Source: Copranaerobaculum intestinale | GTDB lineage: Bacteria > Bacillota_I > Bacilli_A > Erysipelotrichales > Erysipelotrichaceae | Assembly: GCF_009831105.1 (NCBI RefSeq) | Contig: NZ_WUUQ01000002.1 | Location: 60,001 to 92,000 of the forward strand | DNA: 32,000 bases | Direction of reading: 5' to 3' | In this document: positions 7,250 to 16,538 of the stretch, piece by piece | How the letters are laid out: every line of letters begins with the position of its first letter | Numbering within the stretch: the first letter of the stretch is position 1 | Notes under the pieces: generated by a model | Database searches by the model: none | What the model saw: the letters and a program-made list of their open reading frames with translations, nothing else | Told to the model about the DNA's origin: nothing | Made by a program: the position numbers and the translations under genes

Positions 7250-8281
7250 ATGTCATTTGCTACCAATGCCGTTGTTTCAAAGGCCAAGAGCATGTACGGA
7301 GGCCGTCTTTCGAAAGAAGATTACGATGAATTGCTGCGGCGCAAGAGCGTTGCCGATATCACGTTTTATCTGAAGCATCAGACAGCTTACAGCGAAGTGC
7401 TCAGTGATGTTCATGAAGCGACTATTCATCGCGGACAGCTGGAGAACCTGCTGCACCGCCATGTGTTTGACAAGGGAATGCGTCTTGTGCATTTTGCCGG
7501 AAATGAAAATCGTAATTTCTACCGCTGTGATGTAATCACAAAAGAAATCGATTTCATTTTGGAACGGGTGCGAATGCTGAATTCAGAGCTGTATGAAGGA
7601 TTTCTGTCCGATGTTCCGATGTATTTGAATCAATATACATCGTTTGAGCTTGCGGATCTGGAAAAGGTTCATACCTTTGGGGAGCTGCTGCAGCTGTTGA
7701 GAAAGACTCCTTACTACAATCTGCTGGCACCGTTTCAGCCGCAGAAGGGTGAGGCGATTGACTACACATCATGCGAGCATGTGCTGCAGTCGTATTACTT
7801 TGATCATCTGCGGGAGGTAATCAATCAGTCGTTTAAGAGCAAAACTCGTAAACAGCTGCTTACGATTGTCGATACGCAGATCGAATTGATGAATATCACG
7901 AAGATTTACCGTTACCGGAAGTTTTTTCAGGAGGATCTGGATGTGATCCGCGGTTCATTGATGAAGTGTTCCCGCATGTCCGAACAGTTCCTGGAACAGC
8001 TGATGGCAGCACCGACGATGGATGCGTTCAAGCGTCTGCTGGCGGATGGACCGTTCCATTTATATATGGACGACAGCGATTTCGCATTTATTGAGTATTA
8101 TGCAGATACGATTCGTTACAATGCGTGCCGCCGATATATGCGTTTTTCCAATGAAGCGCCGCTTGTGTATTACACATTTATCGCTCTGCTTCAATTTGAA
8201 GTAGAAAACCTAATCAATATTATTGAAGGTATCCGTTATGGAGTGCCACCTGAAAATATTGAAAAAATGCTGATTTATTAG
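7250..8281 (+). CDS. ntpC: V-type ATPase subunit C (eukaryotic d/AC39 family)
   Basis: 343 aa, all-helical, with size and position typical of bacterial V/A-ATPase subunit C. RBS GAGGTGA. Lies in the operon between the stalk gene and subunit I. Confidence 0.8.
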   Translation: MSFATNAVVSKAKSMYGGRLSKEDYDELLRRKSVADITFYLKHQTAYSEVLSDVHEATIHRGQLENLLHRHVFDKGMRLVHFAGNENRNFYRCDVITKEIDFILERVRMLNSELYEGFLSDVPMYLNQYTSFELADLEKVHTFGELLQLLRKTPYYNLLAPFQPQKGEAIDYTSCEHVLQSYYFDHLREVINQSFKSKTRKQLLTIVDTQIELMNITKIYRYRKFFQEDLDVIRGSLMKCSRMSEQFLEQLMAAPTMDAFKRLLADGPFHLYMDDSDFAFIEYYADTIRYNACRRYMRFSNEAPLVYYTFIALLQFEVENLINIIEGIRYGVPPENIEKMLIY

Positions 8282-8297
8282 AAAGGAGGCTATCGGT

Positions 8298-10223
8298 ATG
8301 GCAATCGAAAAGATGAGACTGGTGAATATCCTGTCTGATCAAGTTCACTTGAGTGATGTCTTGCTGCGGTTTATCGAATTGGATAACTTTCACCCGGTAC
8401 CCGCATCGCGCATTGCCGATAAAGTCGGTGGACTGACAACTTTAAATGAAGAAAATCCATACACGGAGCTGCTCACTCAGTTTCAGGAAATAAGTCATGA
8501 TATGGAACTGGAGCTTCCAGAAGTGAGAATGCGTGAGCAGGATTACAATCTGATGGAGACCCGAGAATATATCGGTCGCGTTTATGATCAGTATAAAAAG
8601 ATCGCAACAGTAAAAGAGGACCTGATAAAGGTCATCCAGGAAAACAAGGATGCCTTGTTTCAATTGAATAACATCGAGACCTTGGATGTTAGTTTCGATG
8701 ACTTGTTTTCCTGTAAGTTTATTAAGATTCGTTTCGGACGACTGCCGTTAGACAGCGTTGATAAGTTGAAGTATTATAACAACCGTCCATTTATCTTCAA
8801 GTCATTCTCTCAGGACAAAGCTTACAGCTGGTGTGTGTATATCACTACCAACAAATATGAGGGGGAAGTGGATAATATCTTCTCCTCGCTGTACTTTGAA
8901 CGTATTCGTATCCCGGATTTCGTACATGGAACTCCTGATTCAGCTAAAGAGATGATACAGGAGGAGATCGATACGGATTATAAGCAGCTTTCCCATCTTG
9001 ATGAAGAGATGCTGAAACTGAAAGAATCCTGCAAGGATCGTTTCGCTCAGATTAAGGGTGAATTGGAATTCCTGAATCGTACGTATGAGGCAAGACAGTT
9101 TGTATTGTGCCTCGGTGAACGCTTCAGTATTACCGGCTTTGTTGCTAAACGAGACGTCGCAGATGTCGTGAAGACATTTGAAGATTTGGAAGGAGTTGAA
9201 ATCGAGGACCGCCCAGCCAGCAGTGATATGCGACTGACGCCGCCTACGAAACTACGAAATGGGTGGTTTGCCAGGCCATTCGTAATGTTTGTAGAAATGT
9301 ACGGTACGCCTGGCTATCGCGATTTTGACCCGACACCGTTTGTGGCTTTTACCTATACGCTGCTGTTTGGCATCATGTTCGGTGATGTTGGGCAGGGGCT
9401 GGTATTGTCCCTAGTCGGTTATATTGCTTATAAATGGAAGCATATGCAGCTTGGTGAAGTCGGTGTGCGCATCGGCTTGTCCTCGGCATTCTTCGGGCTG
9501 GTTTATGGATCAGTGTTTGGAAATGAAGAGATCCTGACCCCGCTTTATACAAAAGTCTTCGGTCTGGCAGGGAAGCCGATCGAAGTGCTGGACGGTAATT
9601 TTACAATGCCGTTATTGATTTGTACGGTTGTGATCGGTGCTGTGTTGATCGTAACCTGTATCTGTATGAATATATTTTTGAATGCCAAGCGCCGTGATTA
9701 TGGTGAAATGCTATTCTCACAGAATGGTATTTCCGGCTTGGTATTTTATACCGCGGTATTGGTTGGAGCAGCGCTGCAGATGGGCTTTGGGATAGCTGTC
9801 TTCAGTTTGCCTTATGTGCTGCTGTTAATCATCCTGCCGTTGTTTCTGATATTCATGAAAGAGCCGCTGATTCGGAAGTTGGATAAGCAGGATATGTTTC
9901 CGGACGGCTTCGGCGGTTTCTTCACGGAAAGCTTCTTTGAATTATTTGAAGTATGTTTGAGTTTCGTAGCGAATACGATGTCTTTCCTTCGTATCGGCGG
10001 ATTTGTACTGTCTCATGCCGGCATGATGCTGGTTGTGTCAACGCTGTCCCATATGGTCGGCGGCGGTTCCTTAGCGGTTATGATCTTCGGTAATATCTTT
10101 GTCATGGCGATGGAAGGTATGATCGTCGGTATTCAGGTACTGCGTCTTGAATTCTACGAAATGTTCTCACGTTATTTTGAAGGAAACGGATACGCTTTCC
10201 AATCATTAAAAAACTCGGATTAA
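8298..10223 (+). CDS. ntpI: V-type ATPase subunit I (a-subunit, membrane stator/ion channel)
   Basis: 641 aa. Soluble coiled N-terminal half plus a multi-TM C-terminal half, containing the conserved LSFLRIGGFVLSHA-type arginine helix. RBS AAAGGAGG. Confidence 0.9.
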   Translation: MAIEKMRLVNILSDQVHLSDVLLRFIELDNFHPVPASRIADKVGGLTTLNEENPYTELLTQFQEISHDMELELPEVRMREQDYNLMETREYIGRVYDQYKKIATVKEDLIKVIQENKDALFQLNNIETLDVSFDDLFSCKFIKIRFGRLPLDSVDKLKYYNNRPFIFKSFSQDKAYSWCVYITTNKYEGEVDNIFSSLYFERIRIPDFVHGTPDSAKEMIQEEIDTDYKQLSHLDEEMLKLKESCKDRFAQIKGELEFLNRTYEARQFVLCLGERFSITGFVAKRDVADVVKTFEDLEGVEIEDRPASSDMRLTPPTKLRNGWFARPFVMFVEMYGTPGYRDFDPTPFVAFTYTLLFGIMFGDVGQGLVLSLVGYIAYKWKHMQLGEVGVRIGLSSAFFGLVYGSVFGNEEILTPLYTKVFGLAGKPIEVLDGNFTMPLLICTVVIGAVLIVTCICMNIFLNAKRRDYGEMLFSQNGISGLVFYTAVLVGAALQMGFGIAVFSLPYVLLLIILPLFLIFMKEPLIRKLDKQDMFPDGFGGFFTESFFELFEVCLSFVANTMSFLRIGGFVLSHAGMMLVVSTLSHMVGGGSLAVMIFGNIFVMAMEGMIVGIQVLRLEFYEMFSRYFEGNGYAFQSLKNSD

Positions 10224-10242
10224 TCCATGGAGGGTATAAAAT

Positions 10243-10689
10243 ATGTTAACAATGATTGAATTTCTTTTACCATTAATGATCGTTTTATTAATTTCACTGC
10301 CTTTGATTTCAGTATTCAGGGGTAAGTCAAGCAAACACAGTGCCAAGCTTCGCCTGGCAACCCACGTTAGTTTATTCTTTGCGTTAGTTGCGGGATGTAT
10401 TTTATTTGAAGCAAACGGCATGCATGTATTTGCCGCATCTACGGTTGATTCTGTCAATCAGATGACAGGCTCGATCGCTCAGGGTTTAGGCTTCCTGGCC
10501 GCTGCACTTGTAACTGGTATGTCTGCACTAGGCGCCGGTATTGCCGTAGCTGCTGCTGCTCCTGCCGCAATCGGCGCATTCTCCGAAAACTCTAAGAACT
10601 TCGGTAAATCACTGATCTTCGTAGCGTTGGGTGAAGGTGTTGCCATTTATGGTCTGCTGATTTCCATTCTGATCATGAATAAATTATAG
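10243..10689 (+). CDS. ntpK: V-type ATPase proteolipid subunit K (c-ring), single hairpin with an N-terminal extension
   Basis: 148 aa. The C-terminal roughly 75 aa form a Gly/Ala-rich c-subunit hairpin (GMSALGAGIAVAAAAPAAIGA..FVALGEGVAIYGLLISILI) carrying the carboxylate Glu. RBS GGAGGG 8 nt upstream of ATG 10243. Confidence 0.85.
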   Translation: MLTMIEFLLPLMIVLLISLPLISVFRGKSSKHSAKLRLATHVSLFFALVAGCILFEANGMHVFAASTVDSVNQMTGSIAQGLGFLAAALVTGMSALGAGIAVAAAAPAAIGAFSENSKNFGKSLIFVALGEGVAIYGLLISILIMNKL

Positions 10690-10714
10690 GATACCAACAG
10701 AAAGGTCGATTACT

Positions 10715-11023
10715 ATGAAGTTTTTCTTGCTTAGTGATAACATTGATACCCTGATGGGCATGCGCTTAGTCGGGATTGAAGGAATGGTTATTCACGAGCG
10801 TCAGGAAGTGTTGGAACAGCTTGAGAAACGCATGCATGATCCGGAAATCGGCATCATTTTGATGACGACAAAATTGGTTCAGCTGTGTCCCGATGTTGTT
10901 TCTGAGATAAAATTAAAACGTAAACAGCCGCTGATCGTAGAAATTCCAGACCGTCACGGTTCTGCCAAAATTGGTGAAACCATTGATGGCTATGTGAGTG
11001 AAGCGATCGGTGTGAAGTTATGA
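10715..11023 (+). CDS. V-type ATPase subunit F
   Basis: 102 aa. Typical V-F pattern: LSDNIDTLMGMRLVGIEG..IGIILMT..IVEIPDRHG. Confidence 0.85.
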   Translation: MKFFLLSDNIDTLMGMRLVGIEGMVIHERQEVLEQLEKRMHDPEIGIILMTTKLVQLCPDVVSEIKLKRKQPLIVEIPDRHGSAKIGETIDGYVSEAIGVKL

Positions 11024-11033
11024 GGTGAGACCG

Positions 11034-11636
11034 ATGGAATACGAAAACAAGCTTGAGCTTGAGCAGTACTTCAAGGATGAAATCAACCGCTGTGCAAAAG
11101 CGGAGGAAGAAGCAATTCTGGAAGAAGTAAAGGAAATCCGTGCAAAAGCTCTGGAAGAAATTGAGAAGGAAGCTCAGCGTAATGCGCAGTTGGTTCTCGA
11201 TCAGGAGAAAAGTGAAATCGCGAGTGATATGGCAATTGAAAAAAGCCGGGTCAGTGTTGATACGACCCGCCGCTTGATCGCTAAGCGGGAAGCGTATGCG
11301 CAAGCGGTATTCAAAGCGGTGAAGGCCAAATTGATTGCCTTTACCGAAGGAAATGAATATGCGGATTATTTACAGAAAAAAGCAGCTCAGCTGGCTTCGA
11401 AAATGCGTACAGAAGACGGTATTTTCTATGTGCGTGAAGTAGATTTGAAGTTAGGTGATGCACTGAAAAAGGGATATGGTCTGAAGTGTGCTGTGAAAGC
11501 ATCCGATGATATTGAAATCGGAGGTTTTCGGTTTGCCCAGACTGCCAAGGGCATTGAGGTTGATGAGACATTCGACAGTGCTCTGAATGATCAGCGTGAA
11601 TGGTTCTTCGATCATTCTGGTATGATTATTTCTTAA
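11034..11636 (+). CDS. ntpE: V-type ATPase subunit E (peripheral stalk)
   Basis: About 200 aa, with a long charged N-terminal helix and a globular C-terminus. I prefer ATG 11034, which has GAGGTGA 5 nt upstream, over the GTG 11025 used in the ORF track. Confidence 0.8.
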   Translation: MEYENKLELEQYFKDEINRCAKAEEEAILEEVKEIRAKALEEIEKEAQRNAQLVLDQEKSEIASDMAIEKSRVSVDTTRRLIAKREAYAQAVFKAVKAKLIAFTEGNEYADYLQKKAAQLASKMRTEDGIFYVREVDLKLGDALKKGYGLKCAVKASDDIEIGGFRFAQTAKGIEVDETFDSALNDQREWFFDHSGMIIS

Positions 11637-11675
11637 AAGGGCTTCTTGAAACAAGAAGCAGATGAAGAGGTGATA

Positions 11676-13430
11676 ATGGTGAGTGAAAATGTAATCTACT
11701 CCATCAACGGACCTGTCGTTACGGTAAAAGATGCGGTAGACTTTTCCATGCTGGAAATGGTCTATGTCGGCAATAAACGTCTGATGGGTGAAGTCATCTC
11801 CATCAAAAAGAGTGCCACAACGATTCAGGTATATGAATCGACAACCGGATTAAAGCCGGGAGAACCGGTATATCCGACCGGATCTCCGATCAGTGTAACC
11901 CTTGGTCCGGGTATTTTGAGGAATATTTTTGATGGAATTGAACGGCCGTTGAAAGAGATAGCCAAAGAATCAGGCGCTTTCATTGTAACCGGTAGTGATG
12001 TGCCTCCTCTGGATGAGGATGTGTTATGGAAAACTTCGGTTTGTGTGAAGGTCGGCGATGAGCTGAAAGGCGGACAGATTTATGCCCGCGTGCCTGAAAC
12101 AGATTTGATTGAACACCGGCTGATGGTACCACCAAAGCTGAGCGGTACGGTTGTTGCGGTAGAGCCGGATGGTGAATATAAGCTGCATGACTGCATAGTA
12201 AAGCTGCAGGATGCCAAGGGTGAGGTTCATGAACTGACGTTGTGTCAGAAATGGCCGATCAAGCAGGCTCGTCCGGTCAAGGAACGGCTGCCGATCAGTG
12301 TTCCGCTAATTACCGGTCAACGGGTTATCGATACATTGTTCCCAATCGCAAAGGGCGGCACAGCTGCAGTTCCGGGAGGATTTGGAACCGGCAAGACCAT
12401 GACCCAGCATCAGCTGGCAAAATGGTGTGATGCTGATATCATCGTATATGTCGGCTGCGGTGAGCGCGGCAATGAAATGACCCAGGTACTGGAAGAATTC
12501 TCAGAGCTGATCGATCCAAAGAGCAACAAACCGCTGACGGAACGTACGGTTCTGATTGCCAATACTTCCAACATGCCGGTAGCGGCACGTGAAGCGAGTA
12601 TTTATACCGGCATAACCCTGGCAGAGTATTATCGCGATATGGGCTACCATGTTGCAATTATGGCTGATTCTACTTCTCGTTGGGCAGAAGCGCTGCGCGA
12701 AATCAGTGGTCGTCTGGAAGAAATGCCTGCCGAAGAAGGTTTTCCGGCTTATTTACCTTCCCGTATATCGCAATTCTATGAGCGTGCAGGCTATATGGAA
12801 ACACTGAGTGACGGGATTGGTTCGGTCACGATTATCGGTGCGGTATCGCCGCAGGGCGGTGATTTTTCAGAGCCGGTTACGCAGAATACAAAACGTTTTG
12901 TCCGCTGCTTCTGGGCGCTGGATAAGGCATTGGCTTATGCACGCCACTATTTTGCTATTAACTGGAATCAAAGCTATAGTGAATATGTAACCGATTTGGA
13001 AAAATGGTACAACAAAAACATTGACGTACGATTTTTGCGCGATCGTCAGCAGTTAACCGCTTTGCTTGCGGAAGAAACAAAGCTGATGGAAATTGTGAAA
13101 CTGATCGGGTCTGACGTTCTGCCGGATGATCAGAAGCTGGTAATTGAAATTTCTAAAGTGATCCGTGTGGGTTATTTGCAGCAGAATGCATTTCATAAGG
13201 ATGATACGTATGTGCCGCTGATCAAGCAGCTGAAGATGATGGATGTAATCCTACACCTGTATAAACGGGCTAAGGAAGTCGTTGTTTCCGGCAAGGCGTT
13301 GTCTTCGGTTTTGGAATTAGGGTTATTTGAAAAAGTCACAAAGATGAAATATGATGTTCCGAATGATCATTTGGAAATTCTGGATTCATATTTTTCCATG
13401 ATCGATGAAGCCATCGATCAGGTACAGTAA
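11676..13430 (+). CDS. ntpA: V-type ATPase catalytic subunit A
   Basis: Walker A motif PGGFGTGKT, plus GERGNEM, the non-homologous insertion region, and [18 protein letters not shown]. The start was moved from TTG 11646 to ATG 11676 ([15 protein letters not shown]), which has GAAGAGGTGA upstream. Confidence 0.95.
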   Translation: MVSENVIYSINGPVVTVKDAVDFSMLEMVYVGNKRLMGEVISIKKSATTIQVYESTTGLKPGEPVYPTGSPISVTLGPGILRNIFDGIERPLKEIAKESGAFIVTGSDVPPLDEDVLWKTSVCVKVGDELKGGQIYARVPETDLIEHRLMVPPKLSGTVVAVEPDGEYKLHDCIVKLQDAKGEVHELTLCQKWPIKQARPVKERLPISVPLITGQRVIDTLFPIAKGGTAAVPGGFGTGKTMTQHQLAKWCDADIIVYVGCGERGNEMTQVLEEFSELIDPKSNKPLTERTVLIANTSNMPVAAREASIYTGITLAEYYRDMGYHVAIMADSTSRWAEALREISGRLEEMPAEEGFPAYLPSRISQFYERAGYMETLSDGIGSVTIIGAVSPQGGDFSEPVTQNTKRFVRCFWALDKALAYARHYFAINWNQSYSEYVTDLEKWYNKNIDVRFLRDRQQLTALLAEETKLMEIVKLIGSDVLPDDQKLVIEISKVIRVGYLQQNAFHKDDTYVPLIKQLKMMDVILHLYKRAKEVVVSGKALSSVLELGLFEKVTKMKYDVPNDHLEILDSYFSMIDEAIDQVQ

Positions 13431-13448
13431 GAGAGGAGGCATCTGTTT

Positions 13449-14891
13449 ATGAGTGTACAGTATGTAGGTTTACATGAAATCAACGGATCGCTGATTTTCT
13501 TGGACGATGTTGACAATGTCGGTTTTGAAGAAACCGTAGAGATTCGTGTGGATGACGGTACTACACGTCTGGGCCGGGTGGTTCAGATTGAGGGTAAAAA
13601 AGCTGTTATTCAGGTATTTGAAGGTACCAACGGCATATCTTTGAAGAACACCCGTACAAAATTGACGGGTAAACCGATGGAGATGCCGCTGTCAAAGGAA
13701 ATTTTGGGTAGAGTATTCAACGGAGCCGGGAAGCCGATTGACGGTTTGGGTGATATTTATACGGATAAGCGTTCCGATATCAACGGGCAGCCGTTAAATC
13801 CGGTATCCCGTGTGTATCCCCGTAACTATATCAATACTGGTATTTCCTCGATTGATGCTTTAATGACGCTGATTCGCGGTCAGAAGCTGCCAATTTTCTC
13901 AGGTTCTGGTATGCCGCATAATGAATTAGCGGTACAAATCGTAAAACAGGCTCGTTTATCCGGTGCTGAAGATTCTAAATTCGGTATTGTGTTTGCGGCC
14001 ATGGGTGTAAAAAATGATATTGCGGATTATTTCCGTCGTTCTTTTGAGGAAGCAGGCGTTATGGAACGCGTTGTAATGTTTTTAAACCTTTCCAATGACC
14101 CAATCATTGAACGTACGCTGACACCTCGCTGTGCGTTAACCGCGGCGGAGTATTTGGCTTATGAGCACGACATGCATATTTTGGTTATTTTGACGGATAT
14201 TACCTCTTATTGTGAGGCTCTGCGTGAGTTCTCCAGCAGTAAGGGTGAAATTCCGGGACGTAAAGGATATCCGGGGTATCTGTATTCTGATTTAGCTTCG
14301 CTGTACGAGAGAGCCGGCATCATTCATGGCGCAAAGGGAAGCGTTACCCAGATTCCAATTCTGACGATGCCAAATGATGATATTACACATCCGATTCCTG
14401 ACCTTACCGGATATATCACTGAGGGTCAGATCGTATTGGATCGCAATCTGAATCAAATGGGCGTGTATCCGCCGGTCGGGGTACTGCCGTCGCTGTCACG
14501 TTTGATGAAGGACGGTATTGGTGAAGGTTATACCCGCAAGGATCATTCCGATGTCAGCAATCAGCTGTTTGCCTGCTATGCTAAGGTGCAGGATGCACGT
14601 TCCTTAGCAAGTGTCATCGGTGAAGATGAACTGAGCGACGTAGATAAAGAATATATGGAATTCGGTAAATTGTTTGAAGAGCACTTCTTGTCACAGGGAT
14701 TCAATACCAACCGAACGATCGAGGAGACCCTGGATCTGGGTTGGGATCTGCTGTCCGTAATGCCGCGCAAGGAATTGGATCGTGTGGATGATGAGGTTCT
14801 TGATAAATTCTATGACCATGACCGTGCAGTGGAACGTTTCGAGCTAAAGGAAGCGACCATTATTCCAGAACTTGCTTCCAAGGGTAAATAG
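13449..14891 (+). CDS. ntpB: V-type ATPase subunit B
   Basis: 480 aa. Conserved blocks INGSLIFL.., [42 protein letters not shown] and [30 protein letters not shown]. Confidence 0.95.
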   Translation: MSVQYVGLHEINGSLIFLDDVDNVGFEETVEIRVDDGTTRLGRVVQIEGKKAVIQVFEGTNGISLKNTRTKLTGKPMEMPLSKEILGRVFNGAGKPIDGLGDIYTDKRSDINGQPLNPVSRVYPRNYINTGISSIDALMTLIRGQKLPIFSGSGMPHNELAVQIVKQARLSGAEDSKFGIVFAAMGVKNDIADYFRRSFEEAGVMERVVMFLNLSNDPIIERTLTPRCALTAAEYLAYEHDMHILVILTDITSYCEALREFSSSKGEIPGRKGYPGYLYSDLASLYERAGIIHGAKGSVTQIPILTMPNDDITHPIPDLTGYITEGQIVLDRNLNQMGVYPPVGVLPSLSRLMKDGIGEGYTRKDHSDVSNQLFACYAKVQDARSLASVIGEDELSDVDKEYMEFGKLFEEHFLSQGFNTNRTIEETLDLGWDLLSVMPRKELDRVDDEVLDKFYDHDRAVERFELKEATIIPELASKGK

Positions 14892-14893
14892 TT

Positions 14894-15526
14894 ATGAGTA
14901 CACAGGTTTTTCCGACCAAGGGTAATCTGATTGCGACAAAAAAATCCAAAGATCTGGCGGAAATGGGCTATGATTTGATGGATCGCAAGCGGAATATCCT
15001 GATTCGGGAAATGATGATGCTGCTGGACGATGTAAAATTGCTGCGTGATGAAATAACTACCACGTACGATACCGCCTATAAGGCCCTTCAGGAAGCGAAT
15101 ATGTCTTTGGGTGTTATTATCGATTTGGTGGACGCTGTACCGGTCGACACTGGCATTACCGTCACATACCGAAGTGTTATGGGAGTCGACATACCTAAAG
15201 TTCATTACGAAAAGCGTCCGATGCAGCTTACCTATGGACTGGAACGGGCTAATTCTAAGCTTGATTATGCTTATGTCTGTTTCTATAAGGTAAAGGAATT
15301 GACCGTAATTTTGGCGGAGATCGATAACAGTGTATATCGTCTTGCCAATGCGATCCGAAAAGCGCAGAAACGTGCGAATGCGTTAAAGAACATTGTGCTT
15401 CCGGATTTTCAGGATACGATCAAATTCATTTCTGAGGCATTGGAAGAAAAAGAGCGTGAAGAATTTTCCCGCCAGAAAGTAATCAAGGCAAATAAGGAAA
15501 AAGCCGCTGCAATTGGAGAATCATAA
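14894..15526 (+). CDS. ntpD: V-type ATPase subunit D (central stalk)
   Basis: 210 aa. N-terminus PTKGNLIATKKSKDLAEMGYDLMDRKRNILIRE and a C-terminal coiled coil, typical of subunit D. Confidence 0.9.
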   Translation: MSTQVFPTKGNLIATKKSKDLAEMGYDLMDRKRNILIREMMMLLDDVKLLRDEITTTYDTAYKALQEANMSLGVIIDLVDAVPVDTGITVTYRSVMGVDIPKVHYEKRPMQLTYGLERANSKLDYAYVCFYKVKELTVILAEIDNSVYRLANAIRKAQKRANALKNIVLPDFQDTIKFISEALEEKEREEFSRQKVIKANKEKAAAIGES

Positions 15527-15530
15527 AGGT

Positions 15531-15566
15531 GAAGCTGAAACGATTGTTTCAGCTTTTTCTTTTTAA
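15531..15566 (+). terminator. Rho-independent terminator of the V-ATPase operon
   Basis: A 10-bp stem pairs AAGCTGAAAC (15532-15541) with GTTTCAGCTT (15546-15555), with loop GATT, followed by TTTCTTTTT. Confidence 0.8.
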
Positions 15567-15652
15567 AAATGATGAATAGAAATGAATTTTAAAAGGATAT
15601 TTTTTATATATTACGGAGAATCAAAGAAAGCAAAAAAAATACAAAAAAAGTG

Positions 15653-15681
15653 TTGCATTAATGGGGAGAGTTTGGTATTAT
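15653..15681 (+). promoter_or_regulatory. Strong sigma-A-like promoter (extended -10, A-rich UP-like tract) for the tRNA array
   Basis: TTGCAT (15653-15658), 17-nt spacer, TGgTATTAT (15673-15681). The sequence CAAAAAAAATACAAAAAAAG lies immediately upstream. Confidence 0.6.
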
Positions 15682-15706
15682 AAGTAGGCACTGATAAAGT
15701 AAACAT

Positions 15707-15783
15707 GCGCCCATAGCTCAACTGGATAGAGCGTTTGACTACGGATCAAAAGGTTGCGGGTTCGATTCCTACTGGGCGCGCCA
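15707..15783 (+). tRNA. tRNA-Arg (anticodon ACG), CCA encoded
   Basis: Cloverleaf read by hand. Acceptor GCGCCCA/TGGGCGC, D arm GCTC..GAGC, anticodon arm TTTGA-CTACGGA-TCAAA, T loop TTCGATT. One C50:A64 opposition in the T stem. Confidence 0.9.
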
Positions 15784-15804
15784 TTACTTATCAGTTATAG
15801 CTCA

Positions 15805-15881
15805 CGGGATGTAGCACAGCTTGGTAGTGCACTTGATTTGGGATCAAGGGGTCACAGGTTCAAATCCTGCCATCCCGACCA
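15805..15881 (+). tRNA. tRNA-Pro (anticodon TGG), CCA encoded
   Basis: Acceptor CGGGATG/CATCCCG, anticodon arm CTTGA-TTTGGGA-TCAAG, T loop TTCAAAT. Confidence 0.9.
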
Positions 15882-15892
15882 TTATTTTAATT

Positions 15893-15969
15893 GGCTGGGT
15901 AGCTTAGCTGGCTAGAGCATTCGGTTCATACCCGGAAGGTCGTGGGTTCGACTCCCACCCCCGCCACCA
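15893..15969 (+). tRNA. tRNA-Met, elongator type (anticodon CAT), CCA encoded
   Basis: Acceptor GGCTGGG/CCCCGCC with a U4:C69 opposition. Anticodon arm TTCGG-TTCATAC-CCGGA. T arm GTGGG-TTCGACT-CCCAC. Confidence 0.85.
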
Positions 15970-15984
15970 TTTAAAATAGTAGCT

Positions 15985-16061
15985 GGACCCTTAGCTCAGT
16001 TGGTTAGAGCATCCGGCTCATAACCGGTGGGTCGTAGGTTCGAGTCCTACAGGGTCCACCA
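15985..16061 (+). tRNA. tRNA with CAT anticodon, most likely lysidine-type tRNA-Ile2 (alternatively a second elongator Met)
   Basis: GGACCCTTAGCTCAGTTGGTTAGAGCA..CTCATAA..AGGGTCCACCA. From memory, the acceptor and D-arm sequence closely resembles known bacterial tRNA-Ile2(CAU). The cloverleaf is intact. Confidence 0.85.
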
Positions 16062-16097
16062 TTTATAAAGCGTATCAGCGCCTTAGACAACCCATCT

Positions 16098-16188
16098 GGA
16101 GGAATACCCAAGTGGTTGAAGGGTCCGGTCTTGAAAACCGGTAGGTCGAGAAATCGGCGCCTGGGTTCGAATCCCAGTTCCTCCGCCA
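16098..16188 (+). tRNA. tRNA-Ser (anticodon TGA), long variable arm, CCA encoded
   Basis: Acceptor GGAGGAA/TTCCTCC, anticodon arm CCGGT-CTTGAAA-ACCGG, variable arm GTCGA-GAAA-TCGGC, T arm CTGGG-TTCGAAT-CCCAG. Confidence 0.9.
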
Positions 16189-16227
16189 TTTTGAAAGCTT
16201 TGAAAATTGAATATGTGTCATATACAT

Positions 16228-16304
<77 letters not shown>

Positions 16305-16307
16305 AAT

Positions 16308-16383
16308 GGTTCCTTAGCTCAGTTGGTAGAGCAAAGGACTGAAAATCCTTGTGTCCGCAGTTCAATTCTGCGAGGAACCACCA
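16308..16383 (+). tRNA. tRNA-Phe (anticodon GAA), CCA encoded
   Basis: Acceptor GGTTCCT/AGGAACC, anticodon arm AAGGA-CTGAAAA-TCCTT, T arm CGCAG-TTCAATT-CTGCG. Confidence 0.9.
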
Positions 16384-16392
16384 TTGATAAAT

Positions 16393-16432
16393 AAGCGTTT
16401 TAGCCCATTAATAATGGTTGAAACGCTTTTTT
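16393..16432 (+). terminator. Rho-independent terminator of the tRNA array
   Basis: AAGCGTTT (16393-16400) pairs with AAACGCTT (16421-16428). Inner pairing of CCATTA with TAATGG. TTTTTT follows. Confidence 0.7.
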
Positions 16433-16476
16433 ATTGTTTTTTTAAATGTCCGAAAATATACCAAAATATACTAAAA

Positions 16477-16531
16477 TAAGTGTCGTCAAAATGTCGTCAA
16501 AATGCCATTTTTGATATTAAGTGTCGTCAAA
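16477..16531. repeat. Short direct repeats built on the TGTCGTCAAA core
   Basis: TGTCGTCAAAA occurs in exact tandem at 16481-16491 and 16492-16502. The 14-mer TAAGTGTCGTCAAA is found at 16477-16490 and again at 16518-16531. The palindrome AAAATG-C-CATTTT sits at 16499-16511. Confidence 0.7.
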
Positions 16532-16538
16532 GTATAAT
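16511..16538 (+). promoter_or_regulatory. Candidate sigma-A-like promoter embedded in the repeats
   Basis: TTGATA (16511-16516), 16-nt spacer (which contains the third repeat copy), TATAAT (16533-16538). No convincing gene follows directly. Confidence 0.4.

Noticed and set aside
10854-11303. 149-aa minus-strand ORF antisense to V-ATPase subunits F and E. The same reasoning applies to 14810-15205, 23134-23496, 938-1240, 5247-5555 and 6365-6643.
   Set aside because: All are shadows of well-supported sense genes, without RBS or motifs. Their length is consistent with chance in stop-poor antisense frames.
16477-16531. Could the TGTCGTCAAA repeats be a mini CRISPR array or an att site of an integrated element next to the tRNAs?
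   Set aside because: The repeats are only 10-14 nt. Two of them are directly tandem with no spacer, and there are no cas genes. I see no integrase or recombinase gene and no duplicated copy of the tRNA-Phe 3' end anywhere downstream.
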